Origin: Oceanidesulfovibrio indonesiensis
GTDB taxonomy: Bacteria > Desulfobacterota > Desulfovibrionia > Desulfovibrionales > Desulfovibrionaceae
NCBI RefSeq assembly: GCF_007625075.1
Contig: NZ_QMIE01000002.1
Span: 155,873 to 187,872, forward strand
Direction of reading: 5' to 3'
Length of the DNA stretch: 32,000 bases
The notes under the pieces: model-generated
Told to the model about the DNA's origin: nothing
Databases searched by the model: none
What the model saw: only the letters and a program-made list of their open reading frames with translations
Made by a program: the position numbers and the translations under genes
In this document: piece after piece, positions 1-8,173 of the stretch
How positions within the stretch are numbered: position 1 is the stretch's first letter
Layout: every line of letters begins with the position of its first letter

Positions 1-1
1 C

Positions 2-208
2 ACGCTGGATACTTTCGAGGTAGCCGTCTCGTCGGAGATGGATGCATCGGTACTCTCGCGCTGCATGCTCGAAAAGGCCGGCGATCCTCAGGAGCGTCTG
101 AACAGTTGGCTGGACTCAATGCAGGGACGTGTCCGCGTAGGCGTGGTGCCCAACGCGAACGCCACCTATTTTTCCCTCGCGGCCGGAGATGTCTCCGGCA
201 ACTCATAA
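2..208 (+). CDS. 3' end of an unidentified CDS entering from upstream of the window
   Basis: Frame is open from the window edge to TAA 206-208 (...VGVVPNANATYFSLAAGDVSGNS*). Third positions are mostly G/C. No start lies in the window, so it is absent from the ORF track. No family recognised by eye. Confidence 0.35.
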   Translation, partial: TLDTFEVAVSSEMDASVLSRCMLEKAGDPQERLNSWLDSMQGRVRVGVVPNANATYFSLAAGDVSGNS

Positions 209-246
209 CGCGCAGGAATTTTACAGGAACTACACAAACGGAGGTC

Positions 247-528
247 ATGATGATTCAATTTCTCGTTCACGAGAAAGCCGACTCGGTCGGCGTGGCCACG
301 GTGGACATCAAGGCCGGCGAAACAGCCAAAGGCCTGTACATGGACACTCAGGAGCCTGTTGAGGTGAAGGCCAACGACGACATTCCTCTCGGTCACAAGA
401 TCGCCATGGTCGACCACGCTGTGGACGACGCCGTGATCAAGTACGGGCATGACATCGGCCGCGTCGTTGCCGGGATCAAGAAGGGCGACCACGTGCACGT
501 GCAAAATCTCAAGACCAAGAGGTGGTAA
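247..528 (+). CDS. SAF-domain small subunit of a split UxaA-family enzyme (altronate-dehydratase family; SuyA-like, possible (2R)-sulfolactate sulfo-lyase alpha subunit)
   Basis: Internal ATG 247 (or 250) of ORF 106..528, just after GGAGG 240-244. [17 protein letters not shown]...IPLGHKIA...[14 protein letters not shown] matches the small-subunit/SAF pattern of this family. The large subunit starts 4 nt after its stop. Confidence 0.8.
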   Translation: MMIQFLVHEKADSVGVATVDIKAGETAKGLYMDTQEPVEVKANDDIPLGHKIAMVDHAVDDAVIKYGHDIGRVVAGIKKGDHVHVQNLKTKRW

Positions 529-532
529 AACG

Positions 533-1696
533 ATGAGCCTTGGAAAAGTGAAAGGATACAGGCGCGAAAATGGCCGGGTGGGCATCCGCAACCACGTTGC
601 GATCCTGCCCCTGGACGACCTCTCCAACGCAGCCAGCGAGGCCGTGGGCAACAACATCCACGGCACCCTCGCCTTGCCCCACGCATACGGCCGCCTGCAG
701 TTTGGCGAGGACCTCATGCTCCTCTTCCGGACTCTCATCGGCATCGGCTCCAACCCCAACGTCGCCGCCGTGGTCGTCATCGGCATCGAGCCCGAATGGA
801 CCTCCATCGTGGTGGACGGCATTGCCGAGACAGGCAAGCCAGTGACCGGTTTCGCCATCGAGCGCAACGGCGACCACAAGACCATCATGGAAGCGTCCAA
901 AAAGGCCAAGGAGTATGTCCATTGGGCCTCCGAGCTGCAGATGGAGGACGTGGATCTCTCCGAGATCTGGGTCAGCGTGAAGTGCGGCGAGTCCGACACC
1001 ACCTCGGGCCTGGCCTCCAACCCCACGGTGGGCGCTGCCATCGACAAGCTCGTGGAAGCCGGCGCAACCTGCTGCTTCGGTGAGACCTCCGAGATCACCG
1101 GCGCCGAGATGGTTGCCAAAGAACGCGCGGCTACCCCTGAAGTGGGCGAGGCGTTCTATAAGATGTGGAAGGATTACAACGACTTCATCAACGAGTACAA
1201 GACCGACGACCTCTCCGGCTCCCAGCCCACCAAGGGCAACATCAAGGGCGGCCTGACCACTATCGAGGAAAAGGCCTTCGGCAACCTCCAGAAGATCGGC
1301 AAGAAGTCCAACTACGTGGGCGTTCTTGAACCGGCCGAGGCTCCTTCCGGCCCCGGCCTGTGGTTCATGGATTCCTCGTCCGCGGCCGCCGAGATGGTGA
1401 CCCTGTGCGCAGCCGCAGGTTTCGTGGCCCATCTGTTCCCCACGGGCCAGGGCAACATCATCGGCAACCCCATCGAGCCGGTCATCAAGCTGACGGCCAA
1501 CCCGAGGACCGCCCAGGACATGAGCGAGCACATCGACTACGATTGTTCCGCCATTCTCCGTGGCGAGATGACCCTGGAGGAGTCCGGCGACAACTTGCTG
1601 GACATGCTGCGCCGTACTTGCAACGGGCGTCTTACTGCACAGGAAGTGCTCAAGCATCGCGAATTCATCATGACAAAGCTCTACCGGAGCGCGTAA
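533..1696 (+). CDS. Large subunit of a split UxaA-family enzyme (altronate-dehydratase-family C-terminal domain; SuyB-like)
   Basis: ATG 533 within ORF 449..1696, GAGGTGG about 10 nt upstream. N-terminus [26 protein letters not shown] is typical of UxaA C-terminal-domain proteins. 387 aa, the size of SuyB-type large subunits. Confidence 0.85.
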   Translation: MSLGKVKGYRRENGRVGIRNHVAILPLDDLSNAASEAVGNNIHGTLALPHAYGRLQFGEDLMLLFRTLIGIGSNPNVAAVVVIGIEPEWTSIVVDGIAETGKPVTGFAIERNGDHKTIMEASKKAKEYVHWASELQMEDVDLSEIWVSVKCGESDTTSGLASNPTVGAAIDKLVEAGATCCFGETSEITGAEMVAKERAATPEVGEAFYKMWKDYNDFINEYKTDDLSGSQPTKGNIKGGLTTIEEKAFGNLQKIGKKSNYVGVLEPAEAPSGPGLWFMDSSSAAAEMVTLCAAAGFVAHLFPTGQGNIIGNPIEPVIKLTANPRTAQDMSEHIDYDCSAILRGEMTLEESGDNLLDMLRRTCNGRLTAQEVLKHREFIMTKLYRSA

Positions 1697-1707
1697 GCCA
1701 GTGGTAT

Positions 1708-1740
1708 CGTTCCCCCTGGTCGGCATGGCCGGGGGGAACG
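1708..1740 (+). promoter_or_regulatory. Intercistronic stem-loop between the dehydratase large subunit and tctC
   Basis: CGTTCCCCC (1708-1716) pairs with GGGGGAACG (1732-1740): a 9-bp GC-rich stem with a 15-nt loop. No U-tract follows, so it is more likely an mRNA processing or stability element than a terminator. Confidence 0.45.
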
Positions 1741-1796
1741 CGCCGCTGTTCGGAATCACACGGAATCGCCGTAAACTCTAGCCCAAGGAGCGGACC

Positions 1797-2747
1797 ATGA
1801 AAAAGTTGATCACCATGGCCCTGGCGTTCTCACTGGTGCTCGGTCTGGGTCTTGTCGCCCAGGCGGAGGATTATCCCTCCGAACCGATTACCTACTCGAT
1901 TCCTTTTAACCCGGGCGGTCAGTCGGACCTCGAGGCACGACGCCAGCAGCCCATGCTGGAGGACATCCTCGGCGTCAGCGTCATCATCCAATACAAACCC
2001 GGAGGCGGCGGCTCCGTTGGCTGGGCCGAGCTTGTTCGGGCCAAGCCGAACGGATACTTCATCACTGGCATCAACGTCCCTCACATCGTTCTCCAACCCC
2101 TGGCGCGCGGCAACGCCGGTTTCGAAACCGAGCAGATCAAGCCCATCGCCTTTTTCCAGGCCACGCCCATCGGACTGGCAGTGCTCAAGGATTCCCAGTT
2201 CCAGACTCTGGAAGACCTCGTCGAATTCGCCAAAGCCAACCCCGGCGCAATCACTGCCGGCGGCTCCGGCACATGGTCCGGCCACCACATCGCAAACCTG
2301 CAACTGCAGGAAAAGGCCGGCATCGAGCTGACTTACGTACCCCACAAGGGCGCTGCGCCTTCCGTGGCTGCGTTCCTGGGCGGCCATGTCCAGGCGTTGT
2401 GGGCCAACTCCAACGACCTCTACCAGCACAGGGATAAGATTCGCGTGCTCGGTTTCGGAACCAAGGAGCCTTTCGAGCCCATGCCCGAGGTCCCCACGTT
2501 CGAGGCGCAAGGCTATGACCTGTATGCGTCCATCGACCGCGGCGCCGGGGCTCCTCCCGGAACTCCTGATGAAAAGATCAAGGTGCTTGAGGACGCGTTC
2601 CTGAAGATCGCCAACGATCCCAAGATCAAGGAGCAGATGCTCAACGATGGTTTCGTGCCCCTTTCCATGGGGGCCGAAGAATCCGCGAAGTACATCCAGG
2701 AAAAGATCGAAGACTGGAAGCCTGTCGTGGAAAAGTTCCAGCAGTAA
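1797..2747 (+). CDS. tctC: Tripartite tricarboxylate transporter (TTT) periplasmic substrate-binding protein, TctC/Bug family
   Basis: AAGGAG 6 nt upstream of ATG 1797. Signal peptide MKKLITMALAFSLVLGLGLVAQA. Bug-family hallmarks: YPSEPI...IPFNPGGQSD...YKPGGGGSVG. Confidence 0.9.
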   Translation: MKKLITMALAFSLVLGLGLVAQAEDYPSEPITYSIPFNPGGQSDLEARRQQPMLEDILGVSVIIQYKPGGGGSVGWAELVRAKPNGYFITGINVPHIVLQPLARGNAGFETEQIKPIAFFQATPIGLAVLKDSQFQTLEDLVEFAKANPGAITAGGSGTWSGHHIANLQLQEKAGIELTYVPHKGAAPSVAAFLGGHVQALWANSNDLYQHRDKIRVLGFGTKEPFEPMPEVPTFEAQGYDLYASIDRGAGAPPGTPDEKIKVLEDAFLKIANDPKIKEQMLNDGFVPLSMGAEESAKYIQEKIEDWKPVVEKFQQ

Positions 2748-2768
2748 GACACCTGGTCGATACAGCCG

Positions 2769-2796
2769 GCAGGGGGCCGTTCCCGCGGCTCCCTGC
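2769..2796 (+). promoter_or_regulatory. Stem-loop downstream of the SBP gene tctC
   Basis: GCAGGG (2769-2774) pairs with CCCTGC (2791-2796) and can extend with a bulge. It sits in the 94-nt tctC-tctA gap. Confidence 0.35.
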
Positions 2797-2841
2797 TGCA
2801 CAACAGCGAGGGAAGTGTGAACCGCACTTCCGGGAGGTCTC

Positions 2842-4392
2842 ATGTTCGATCTCGCCGTCGCAGGTCTGGAGCACGTGCTCGTTCCGGCCAACCTGCTCTT
2901 CCTGTTCATCGGTGTGTTCGCGGGCATCGTGTTCGGCGCCCTGCCCGGCTTGACCGCGACAATGGGACTCGCGCTGCTGGTGCCTTTCACCTTCACCATG
3001 GCTCCGGCTGCAGGTCTCATAATGCTTGCCGGCATCTATGTCGGCGCCATGTACGGCGACGCGGTCCCCGCCATCCTCATCAACACGCCTGGAACACCGG
3101 CGGCTATTGCAACGAGTTTCGACGGTTTCGCATTAACCCAGAAAGGCATGGCCCAGCACGGCCTGGTGGCCGCGGCCGTGGCTTCTTGTTTCGGCAGCCT
3201 GGTGGCCAACATCGTGCTGCTCACCGCAGCGCCGCCCCTGGCCGAAGCCTCCCTCAAGTTCGGGCCCCCCGAGTACTTCTGGCTCGGCGTATTCGGCCTG
3301 ACGATCATCGCGACCCTGTCCACGGGCTCCGTGCTCAAGGGCTTTCTCGCCGGCGCGCTGGGGCTGCTGCTTTCCACCATCGGCATGGCGCCCATCGGCG
3401 GCGACGTGCGCCTCACCTTCGGATTTCCCGAGATGCAGGCGGGCATCGAGCTCATCGTGGCGCTCATCGGCTTCTTCTGTCTGCCCGAGATTCTGGAAAG
3501 CGTCATCGGCAGGCGTCAGGCCAAATACACGTCCAAGAACGTGAAACCCAACTTTTCGGTTGTCTGGGAAGTCATCCGCGACTTGTTCAAACGGCCGGTG
3601 CTCATGTTCCGCTCCGCGATCATCGGCACGGTCGTCGGCTTCGCTCCGGGCGCAGGCGGCAACATAGCCAGTATGGTCTCATACAACGAAGCGTGTCGAT
3701 GGGACAAGCATCCCGAAGAATTCGGCAAGGGCACCATCAAGGGAGTCGCCGCCAGCGAGGCGGCCAACAGCGCCATGGCGCCCGGTTCTCTGGTGCCGTT
3801 GCTCACGCTGGGCATTCCGGGTTCGCCGCCGGCCGCGGTCATCCTCGGCGCGCTCATGCTCCACGGCATGCGCCCAGGCGGCGAGTTGTTCACCGTGCAC
3901 GGGCAGGTGGTGTACGCCTTCATGATGGCGCTGCTTCTCGCCGCGTTCCTCGTCACCATCATCGGCTCTTTCGGCTCCTTTGTCTTTGCGCGGATCATCA
4001 ACATTCCATCGCGCTTTCTGGCTCCGGTCATCATCTTCATGACCGTGCTCGGCTCCTACGCCATCCGCAACAATATGCTCGACGTCTGGATCATGCTGAT
4101 ATTCGGCGTGGTCGGCTTCGTGTCCAACAAGCTCAAGTTCCACCCGGCGCCCATCGTCCTTGGGTTGATTCTCGGGCCGTTCGTGGAAGAGGGGCTCGTA
4201 CAGTCCATGCTGGCAGGGCGCGCGGCAGGCGGCGTGGTGCAGTACATGGTGTTCCGGCCCATCAGCGGCGTGCTCATCACCCTCTCGGTGCTGTCCGCGC
4301 TGTGGCCCGTGTACGCGGCCTGGAAGCACAAGAGAAAGCAACGCCTTGAAGGCTGCGCCTGCGACATCGAGGAGGGACCGAAGAATGCTTAA
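2842..4392 (+). CDS. tctA: TTT large permease, TctA family
   Basis: GGGAGG upstream of ATG 2842. 516-aa polytopic membrane protein. N-terminus ...FIGVFAGIVFGALPGLTATMGLALLVPFTF and GIPGSPPAAVILGAL are TctA-typical. Confidence 0.92.
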   Translation: MFDLAVAGLEHVLVPANLLFLFIGVFAGIVFGALPGLTATMGLALLVPFTFTMAPAAGLIMLAGIYVGAMYGDAVPAILINTPGTPAAIATSFDGFALTQKGMAQHGLVAAAVASCFGSLVANIVLLTAAPPLAEASLKFGPPEYFWLGVFGLTIIATLSTGSVLKGFLAGALGLLLSTIGMAPIGGDVRLTFGFPEMQAGIELIVALIGFFCLPEILESVIGRRQAKYTSKNVKPNFSVVWEVIRDLFKRPVLMFRSAIIGTVVGFAPGAGGNIASMVSYNEACRWDKHPEEFGKGTIKGVAASEAANSAMAPGSLVPLLTLGIPGSPPAAVILGALMLHGMRPGGELFTVHGQVVYAFMMALLLAAFLVTIIGSFGSFVFARIINIPSRFLAPVIIFMTVLGSYAIRNNMLDVWIMLIFGVVGFVSNKLKFHPAPIVLGLILGPFVEEGLVQSMLAGRAAGGVVQYMVFRPISGVLITLSVLSALWPVYAAWKHKRKQRLEGCACDIEEGPKNA

Positions 4393-4837
4393 CTCAGACA
4401 TCTTCATCAGCATCTTCTCGCTGATCGTCGCGGCCATCATCTACTTTGCAACACGCGACCTGAGCAAGTTCGGCGGCGTCTTCGTCAACTATTGCCTTAC
4501 CGTGTTCGTGGTCCTGGCTGTGCTCGTGTTCATCAAAGGACTCGTCAAGCCAGAGCGTGTCCGGTTCTTCGCATCGGTGGCAGAGCGGAACAATGTGCTT
4601 GTGGGCTTGGTTATCCTCATCATTTACCTGGCGATCATGCCGTTTGTCGGCTTCTTGCCGTCAAGCTTCCTCTTCTTCACGGTAATGACGCTCTATCTGG
4701 GCGATGAGGGCCTGACCACGCGGAACATCCTCATAAGCGTGGGGCTGGCAGTGGTCGTGGTTACGGTTTTCTACCTCGTGTTCAAACAGGTTCTGATGGT
4801 GCCGCTGCCGAAAGGCTCTCTGTTCGAGGCTGCCTGA
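4385..4837 (+). CDS. tctB: TTT small permease, TctB family
   Basis: Internal ATG 4385 of ORF 4346..4837, overlapping the tctA end by 8 nt. 150 aa with four hydrophobic segments (MLNSDIFISIFSLIVAAIIYFATRDL...). Confidence 0.75.
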   Translation: MLNSDIFISIFSLIVAAIIYFATRDLSKFGGVFVNYCLTVFVVLAVLVFIKGLVKPERVRFFASVAERNNVLVGLVILIIYLAIMPFVGFLPSSFLFFTVMTLYLGDEGLTTRNILISVGLAVVVVTVFYLVFKQVLMVPLPKGSLFEAA

Positions 4838-5601
4838 TGGGACTCGTCGGTCTGTCGAAACTGCGCGAGGCGGCGGGGCCGGGCAGGGCATTCGGATGCT
4901 TTGCCGTACAGGACCTCGGCTGCATGGAGGCGATCCTCGCCGCCGCGCAGGACCTCGAACTGCCGACGGCGCTGTGCATCGGCCAGTCCTCCTGGACCAG
5001 CCTGGCGCCGCTGGTATCCGCATGTCGCACCGCCGCGAGCAAAGCCCAGGTGCCCGTGGCGGTGCACTTCAATCACGGCAAATCCCTGGGGAGCGTGCTC
5101 GCGGCCATCGACGCGGGCTGCACGTCCGTGATGTATGACGGCTCCGGCCTTGATCTCGAGCAGAACATCCGGAATACCCGCGAATGCGTATTGGTGGCTC
5201 ATGCGCGGGCAGTGGAGATCGAAGGGGAGATAGGCCCCCTCGGGACATTCACCCTGGACGAGGCCAGAGGGTTTGCCGAACGCACTGTGGTGGACTGGCT
5301 GGCCGTGTCCGTTTTCAGGGACTGGTCTTTCGACGAACACTTCATTAAAGAGCTTGCGGCCATCGGTCCGGGGCTGGTGCTCCACGGCGCCAGCAAGCTT
5401 GAGCCGGAAGAGCGCGCCAGGGCCATCCGCGCCGGCGTCGTCAAGATCAATGCACACTCGGAAATCGAGCGGGCCATGGCCTCCGGTTTAGAATATGCTG
5501 CCAATCATGCGCGCGCCTTCGATTCCGACTCTCTGCGCCATGCCTGCGACTGCGTGCGGCAGACCGTGAGCGATCTCATGAGGTCTTACGCACTGCTCTG
5601 A
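4837..5601 (+). CDS. Class II (metal-dependent) fructose/tagatose-bisphosphate aldolase-family protein, short and with degenerate active-site motifs
   Basis: ATG 4837 overlaps the tctB stop (TGATG). It aligns by eye to GatY/KbaY blocks: VAVHFNHG (vs HLDHH), SVMYDGS (vs SVMIDAS), VEIEGEIGPLG (vs VEAELGQLGG), LVLHGAS, VVKINAHSE (vs ICKINVATE). The AIGTAHG block is replaced by SVFRDWS. Confidence 0.7.
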   Translation: MGLVGLSKLREAAGPGRAFGCFAVQDLGCMEAILAAAQDLELPTALCIGQSSWTSLAPLVSACRTAASKAQVPVAVHFNHGKSLGSVLAAIDAGCTSVMYDGSGLDLEQNIRNTRECVLVAHARAVEIEGEIGPLGTFTLDEARGFAERTVVDWLAVSVFRDWSFDEHFIKELAAIGPGLVLHGASKLEPEERARAIRAGVVKINAHSEIERAMASGLEYAANHARAFDSDSLRHACDCVRQTVSDLMRSYALL

Positions 5602-5981
5602 TTCGTCTTCCCAGCTACTGAACGAGCCGGCGAATCCCGCCGAGACTCCTACATTCCATCCCTCCCACGTTTGCGAAGGGCCGCCGGCAGTGTAACCGGC
5701 CGGCTCGCGCTTGTGTCGTAAAGACTGCCCCGCCGGATGCCGCGGCTGTCTTTACGCGTCAGTTCGCGCAGCGTGGCCGTGCCGGTTGTCTCCTGCCGGC
5801 AACATGGGCGCGAGCATATGACGTCATGAGAGCGAGCATCCTCGTACCCTTCGTGTGAGCGAACCGGATGGCGGGTGTTCCGGGGTCCCGATGTGCTTTG
5901 GGCCGTAACTTCCTGATGACGTTGTATTGTTTGTTTTGTGGGCAGGTGGCGTTCAGTAATCAGTGAAATCGAGAAGTATAG

Positions 5982-5994
5982 TTTTGTCACAAAA
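5982..5994. promoter_or_regulatory. Perfect palindrome TTTTGT-C-ACAAAA (candidate activator/UAS site)
   Basis: 6-bp arms around one central base, inside the AT-rich stretch. It lies about 130 bp upstream of the sigma54-like element at 6120-6135. Confidence 0.25.
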
Positions 5995-6119
5995 ATGTTA
6001 TATGGCCAGTAAAAGAAATGACAAAATATGGAAAACATAACGAGAGGGGAGATTTTGGGTATGGGTGCGCTGAATATAACACGCTGTTTCAAAAAAATAA
6101 AATGCAAATTGAAATTTCC

Positions 6120-6135
6120 AGGAACGCTTTTTGCT
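6120..6135 (+). promoter_or_regulatory. Candidate sigma54 (-24/-12) promoter for the TRAP-eut genes
   Basis: aGGaACGctttTTGCt against the consensus TGGCACG-N4-TTGCW. GG (6121-6122) and GC (6133-6134) have the canonical spacing. 10 of 12 specified positions match. Confidence 0.4.
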
Positions 6136-6275
6136 CAGGTGTTGAGTATGGTTTGCCGGTAGTCTTCTGGCGGATAATAATTGGCCGGATTTTTAGTTGA
6201 AAATTCTTTCGACTAAGGCTTGGGCAGGCCAGGTGGGGTTTGGGCGGTTGTCTGCTGTTGGTTGGTTAAAATTAC

Positions 6276-6291
6276 TTCTCAAAATTGAGAA
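6276..6291. promoter_or_regulatory. Inverted repeat TTCTCAA-AA-TTGAGAA (candidate operator) upstream of dctP
   Basis: Perfect 7-bp arms with a 2-nt spacer, 63-78 nt upstream of ATG 6354. Confidence 0.3.
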
Positions 6292-6353
6292 TAACAACGG
6301 CGGATTTGTTTCACGATCGTAAACACAGCATCTGTGCAAAGGAGTGGATTACA

Positions 6354-7412
6354 ATGAAACGCAGAGATTTCTTGAAAAAAGCCAGTGTCGGCGCCACTGC
6401 GGCCGCAGCAGCCACAACCGTTGCCGCGCCGTTCGTGCATGCGTCCAAGAAAACGCCCATCCGCTGGCGCCTGCAGACATATGCCGGGCCGGCCCTGGCC
6501 GAGCACGTGATCAAGCCCCAGATCGAGGCCTTCAACAAGATCGCCAATGGCGACATGGTCATCGAGCTCTACAACGCCGACCAGCTCGTGCCCACGCCCG
6601 AGCTCTTCCGCGCCATGCAGCGGGGCACCATCGACGCGGTGCAGAGCGACGACGACTCCATTGCCGCTCCTGTGGACGTCTCGGTCTTTGCCGCCTACTT
6701 CCCCTTTGCCACCCGCTACTCACTGGACGTGCCCACCCTGTTCAACCACTACGGGCTCAAGGAGATATGGGAGGAGGCATACAGCGAAGTGGACGGCGTG
6801 ACCTGGCTTGCCGCCGGTCCGTGGGACCCGTGCAACTTCGCCACCAAGTCGCCCATCAACACCCTGGACGACCTCAAGGGCAAGCGAGTCTTCACATTCC
6901 CCACCGGCGGCAAGTTCCTCCAGCGCTTCGGCGTGGTCCCGGTGACACTGCCGTGGGAAGACGTGGAAGTGGCGTTGCAGACAGGCGAGCTCGACGGAAT
7001 CGCGTGGTCCGGCATTACTGAAGACTACACCGTGGGCTGGGCGGACGTGACCGACTACTATCTGACCAACAACATTTCCGGCGCCTGGGTCGGCTCCTAC
7101 TTCGCCAACTCGGACAAATGGGAGGCCGTGCCCGATCATCTCAAGGAACTCTTCCGCGTCACCATCGACAGCTCCAACTACTACCGCATGCATTGGTACT
7201 GGTGGGGCGAGGCGCACTACCGCGTGAACGGCGGCAAGCTCAAGCTCACCACCATTCCCGAAAGCGAGTGGGACAAGGTGGAGCAGGAAGCGATGAAGTA
7301 CTGGGATGAAATTGCGGAGAAGAGCCCCCGCAACGCCAAGGTGGTGCAGATTCTCAAGGACTACGCCACGACCATGAAGAAGGCGGGCAAACCCTACAGG
7401 TACACCGACTAG
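6354..7412 (+). CDS. dctP: TRAP transporter periplasmic substrate-binding protein (DctP-type) with a twin-arginine signal
   Basis: AAAGGAG upstream of ATG 6354 (internal to ORF 6285..7412). Tat motif MKRRDFLKKASVGATAAAAATTVAAPFVHA. Followed by ...WRLQTYAGPALAEHV...; 352 aa. By recollection it resembles the TRAP SBP subfamily annotated as mannitol/chloroaromatic-type. Confidence 0.85.
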   Translation: MKRRDFLKKASVGATAAAAATTVAAPFVHASKKTPIRWRLQTYAGPALAEHVIKPQIEAFNKIANGDMVIELYNADQLVPTPELFRAMQRGTIDAVQSDDDSIAAPVDVSVFAAYFPFATRYSLDVPTLFNHYGLKEIWEEAYSEVDGVTWLAAGPWDPCNFATKSPINTLDDLKGKRVFTFPTGGKFLQRFGVVPVTLPWEDVEVALQTGELDGIAWSGITEDYTVGWADVTDYYLTNNISGAWVGSYFANSDKWEAVPDHLKELFRVTIDSSNYYRMHWYWWGEAHYRVNGGKLKLTTIPESEWDKVEQEAMKYWDEIAEKSPRNAKVVQILKDYATTMKKAGKPYRYTD

Positions 7413-7457
7413 AAAACCTGCTGCGGCTCGCTTCCGAACGCGCATTGCAACGCCATC

Positions 7458-7491
7458 CCTTCCCCGGTTCCGCCGCATGGGCCGGGGAAGG
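7458..7491 (+). promoter_or_regulatory. Stem-loop downstream of the SBP gene dctP
   Basis: CCTTCCCCGG (7458-7467) pairs with CCGGGGAAGG (7482-7491): a 10-bp stem with a 14-nt loop, inside the 179-nt dctP-dctQ gap. Confidence 0.45.
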
Positions 7492-7591
7492 CCACTTCCG
7501 ACAGCCGGCGCGGTGATCCGTACGCCGGAAGGGGAGGGGTGCGTTCTCGGAAGCGTTCCGTGCTCGGGCATGTACCTTTCCGATCACCGGG

Positions 7592-8173
7592 TTGCATGCA
7601 TGGGGCCCGGCAAACGCTGCCCGATCGAGGTGGAATTTGTTCAAAGCAATAGTGACATTCGTTCGATACGTGGACGCCGTGAACCGCCTGGTGGGCAGGA
7701 TGGTGATGTATCTGGTGTTCCTGATGATGGCGATCCTGCTGTACGCGTCGTTGTCCAGAACAGTGCTCGACTCCCCGGTCGTCTGGGCCGTGGAGATGGC
7801 CCAGTTCACCATGGCCGCCTACTACCTGCTGGGCGGCGGCTACTCCATGATTCTCAGAGGCCACGTCCGCATGGACGTTCTCTACAGCAAGTGGTCGACC
7901 AGGAAGAGGGCGGTCGTGGATTCGTTCACCAATATCCTCCTTCTCGTTTACCTGGTCATGCTGCTGTACGGCGGCATATCCAGCACAGCCTACTCCCTCC
8001 AGTACGGTCAGACCAACTACTCCGCCTGGGCGCCGCCGCTGGCGCCGATCAAAATCATCATGGTCATCGGCATCGTGTTGATGCTGCTGCAGACAATCTC
8101 ACGCGCCATCAAGGACATCTGCAGGGCGCGAGGCGTTGATGTGGCTGAAACGTTTGGAGATTACCTGCCATGA
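7592..8173 (+). CDS. dctQ: TRAP transporter small permease (DctQ-type)
   Basis: 193-aa ORF with four hydrophobic segments (...VNRLVGRMVMYLVFLMMAILLYASL...). Its stop overlaps the dctM start (ATGA). The exact start is uncertain. Confidence 0.8.
   Translation: MHAWGPANAARSRWNLFKAIVTFVRYVDAVNRLVGRMVMYLVFLMMAILLYASLSRTVLDSPVVWAVEMAQFTMAAYYLLGGGYSMILRGHVRMDVLYSKWSTRKRAVVDSFTNILLLVYLVMLLYGGISSTAYSLQYGQTNYSAWAPPLAPIKIIMVIGIVLMLLQTISRAIKDICRARGVDVAETFGDYLP

Noticed and set aside
509-1759. 416-aa minus-strand ORF opposite the UxaA large subunit. Similar long antisense or off-frame ORFs include 166..1119, 1830..3035, 2817..4349, 9440..10819, 13588..14448, 21829..22629, 23201..24298 and 27452..29302.
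   Set aside because: All overlap confidently identified genes. Their translations are Arg/Gly/Ala/His/Pro-rich and low in complexity, as expected for shadow ORFs in GC-rich DNA. None shows family motifs.
5649-6107. 152-aa minus-strand ORF in the large intergenic region
   Set aside because: It spans the AT-rich non-coding stretch. Its composition is odd (Phe/Ile-rich, then Arg/Ser/Thr-rich), it has no SD and no recognisable family. It is best explained as a chance ORF.
5930-6300. AT-rich block as a possible horizontally acquired or mobile-element remnant
   Set aside because: There are no flanking direct or inverted terminal repeats, and no integrase, transposase or tRNA gene nearby. A position upstream of an operon fits a regulatory region.
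5602-6353. Possible adenosylcobalamin riboswitch upstream of the B12-dependent eutBC unit
   Set aside because: I could not find a B12-box-like conserved core or the expected multi-stem architecture by eye. An Rfam/Infernal scan would be needed before making any claim.
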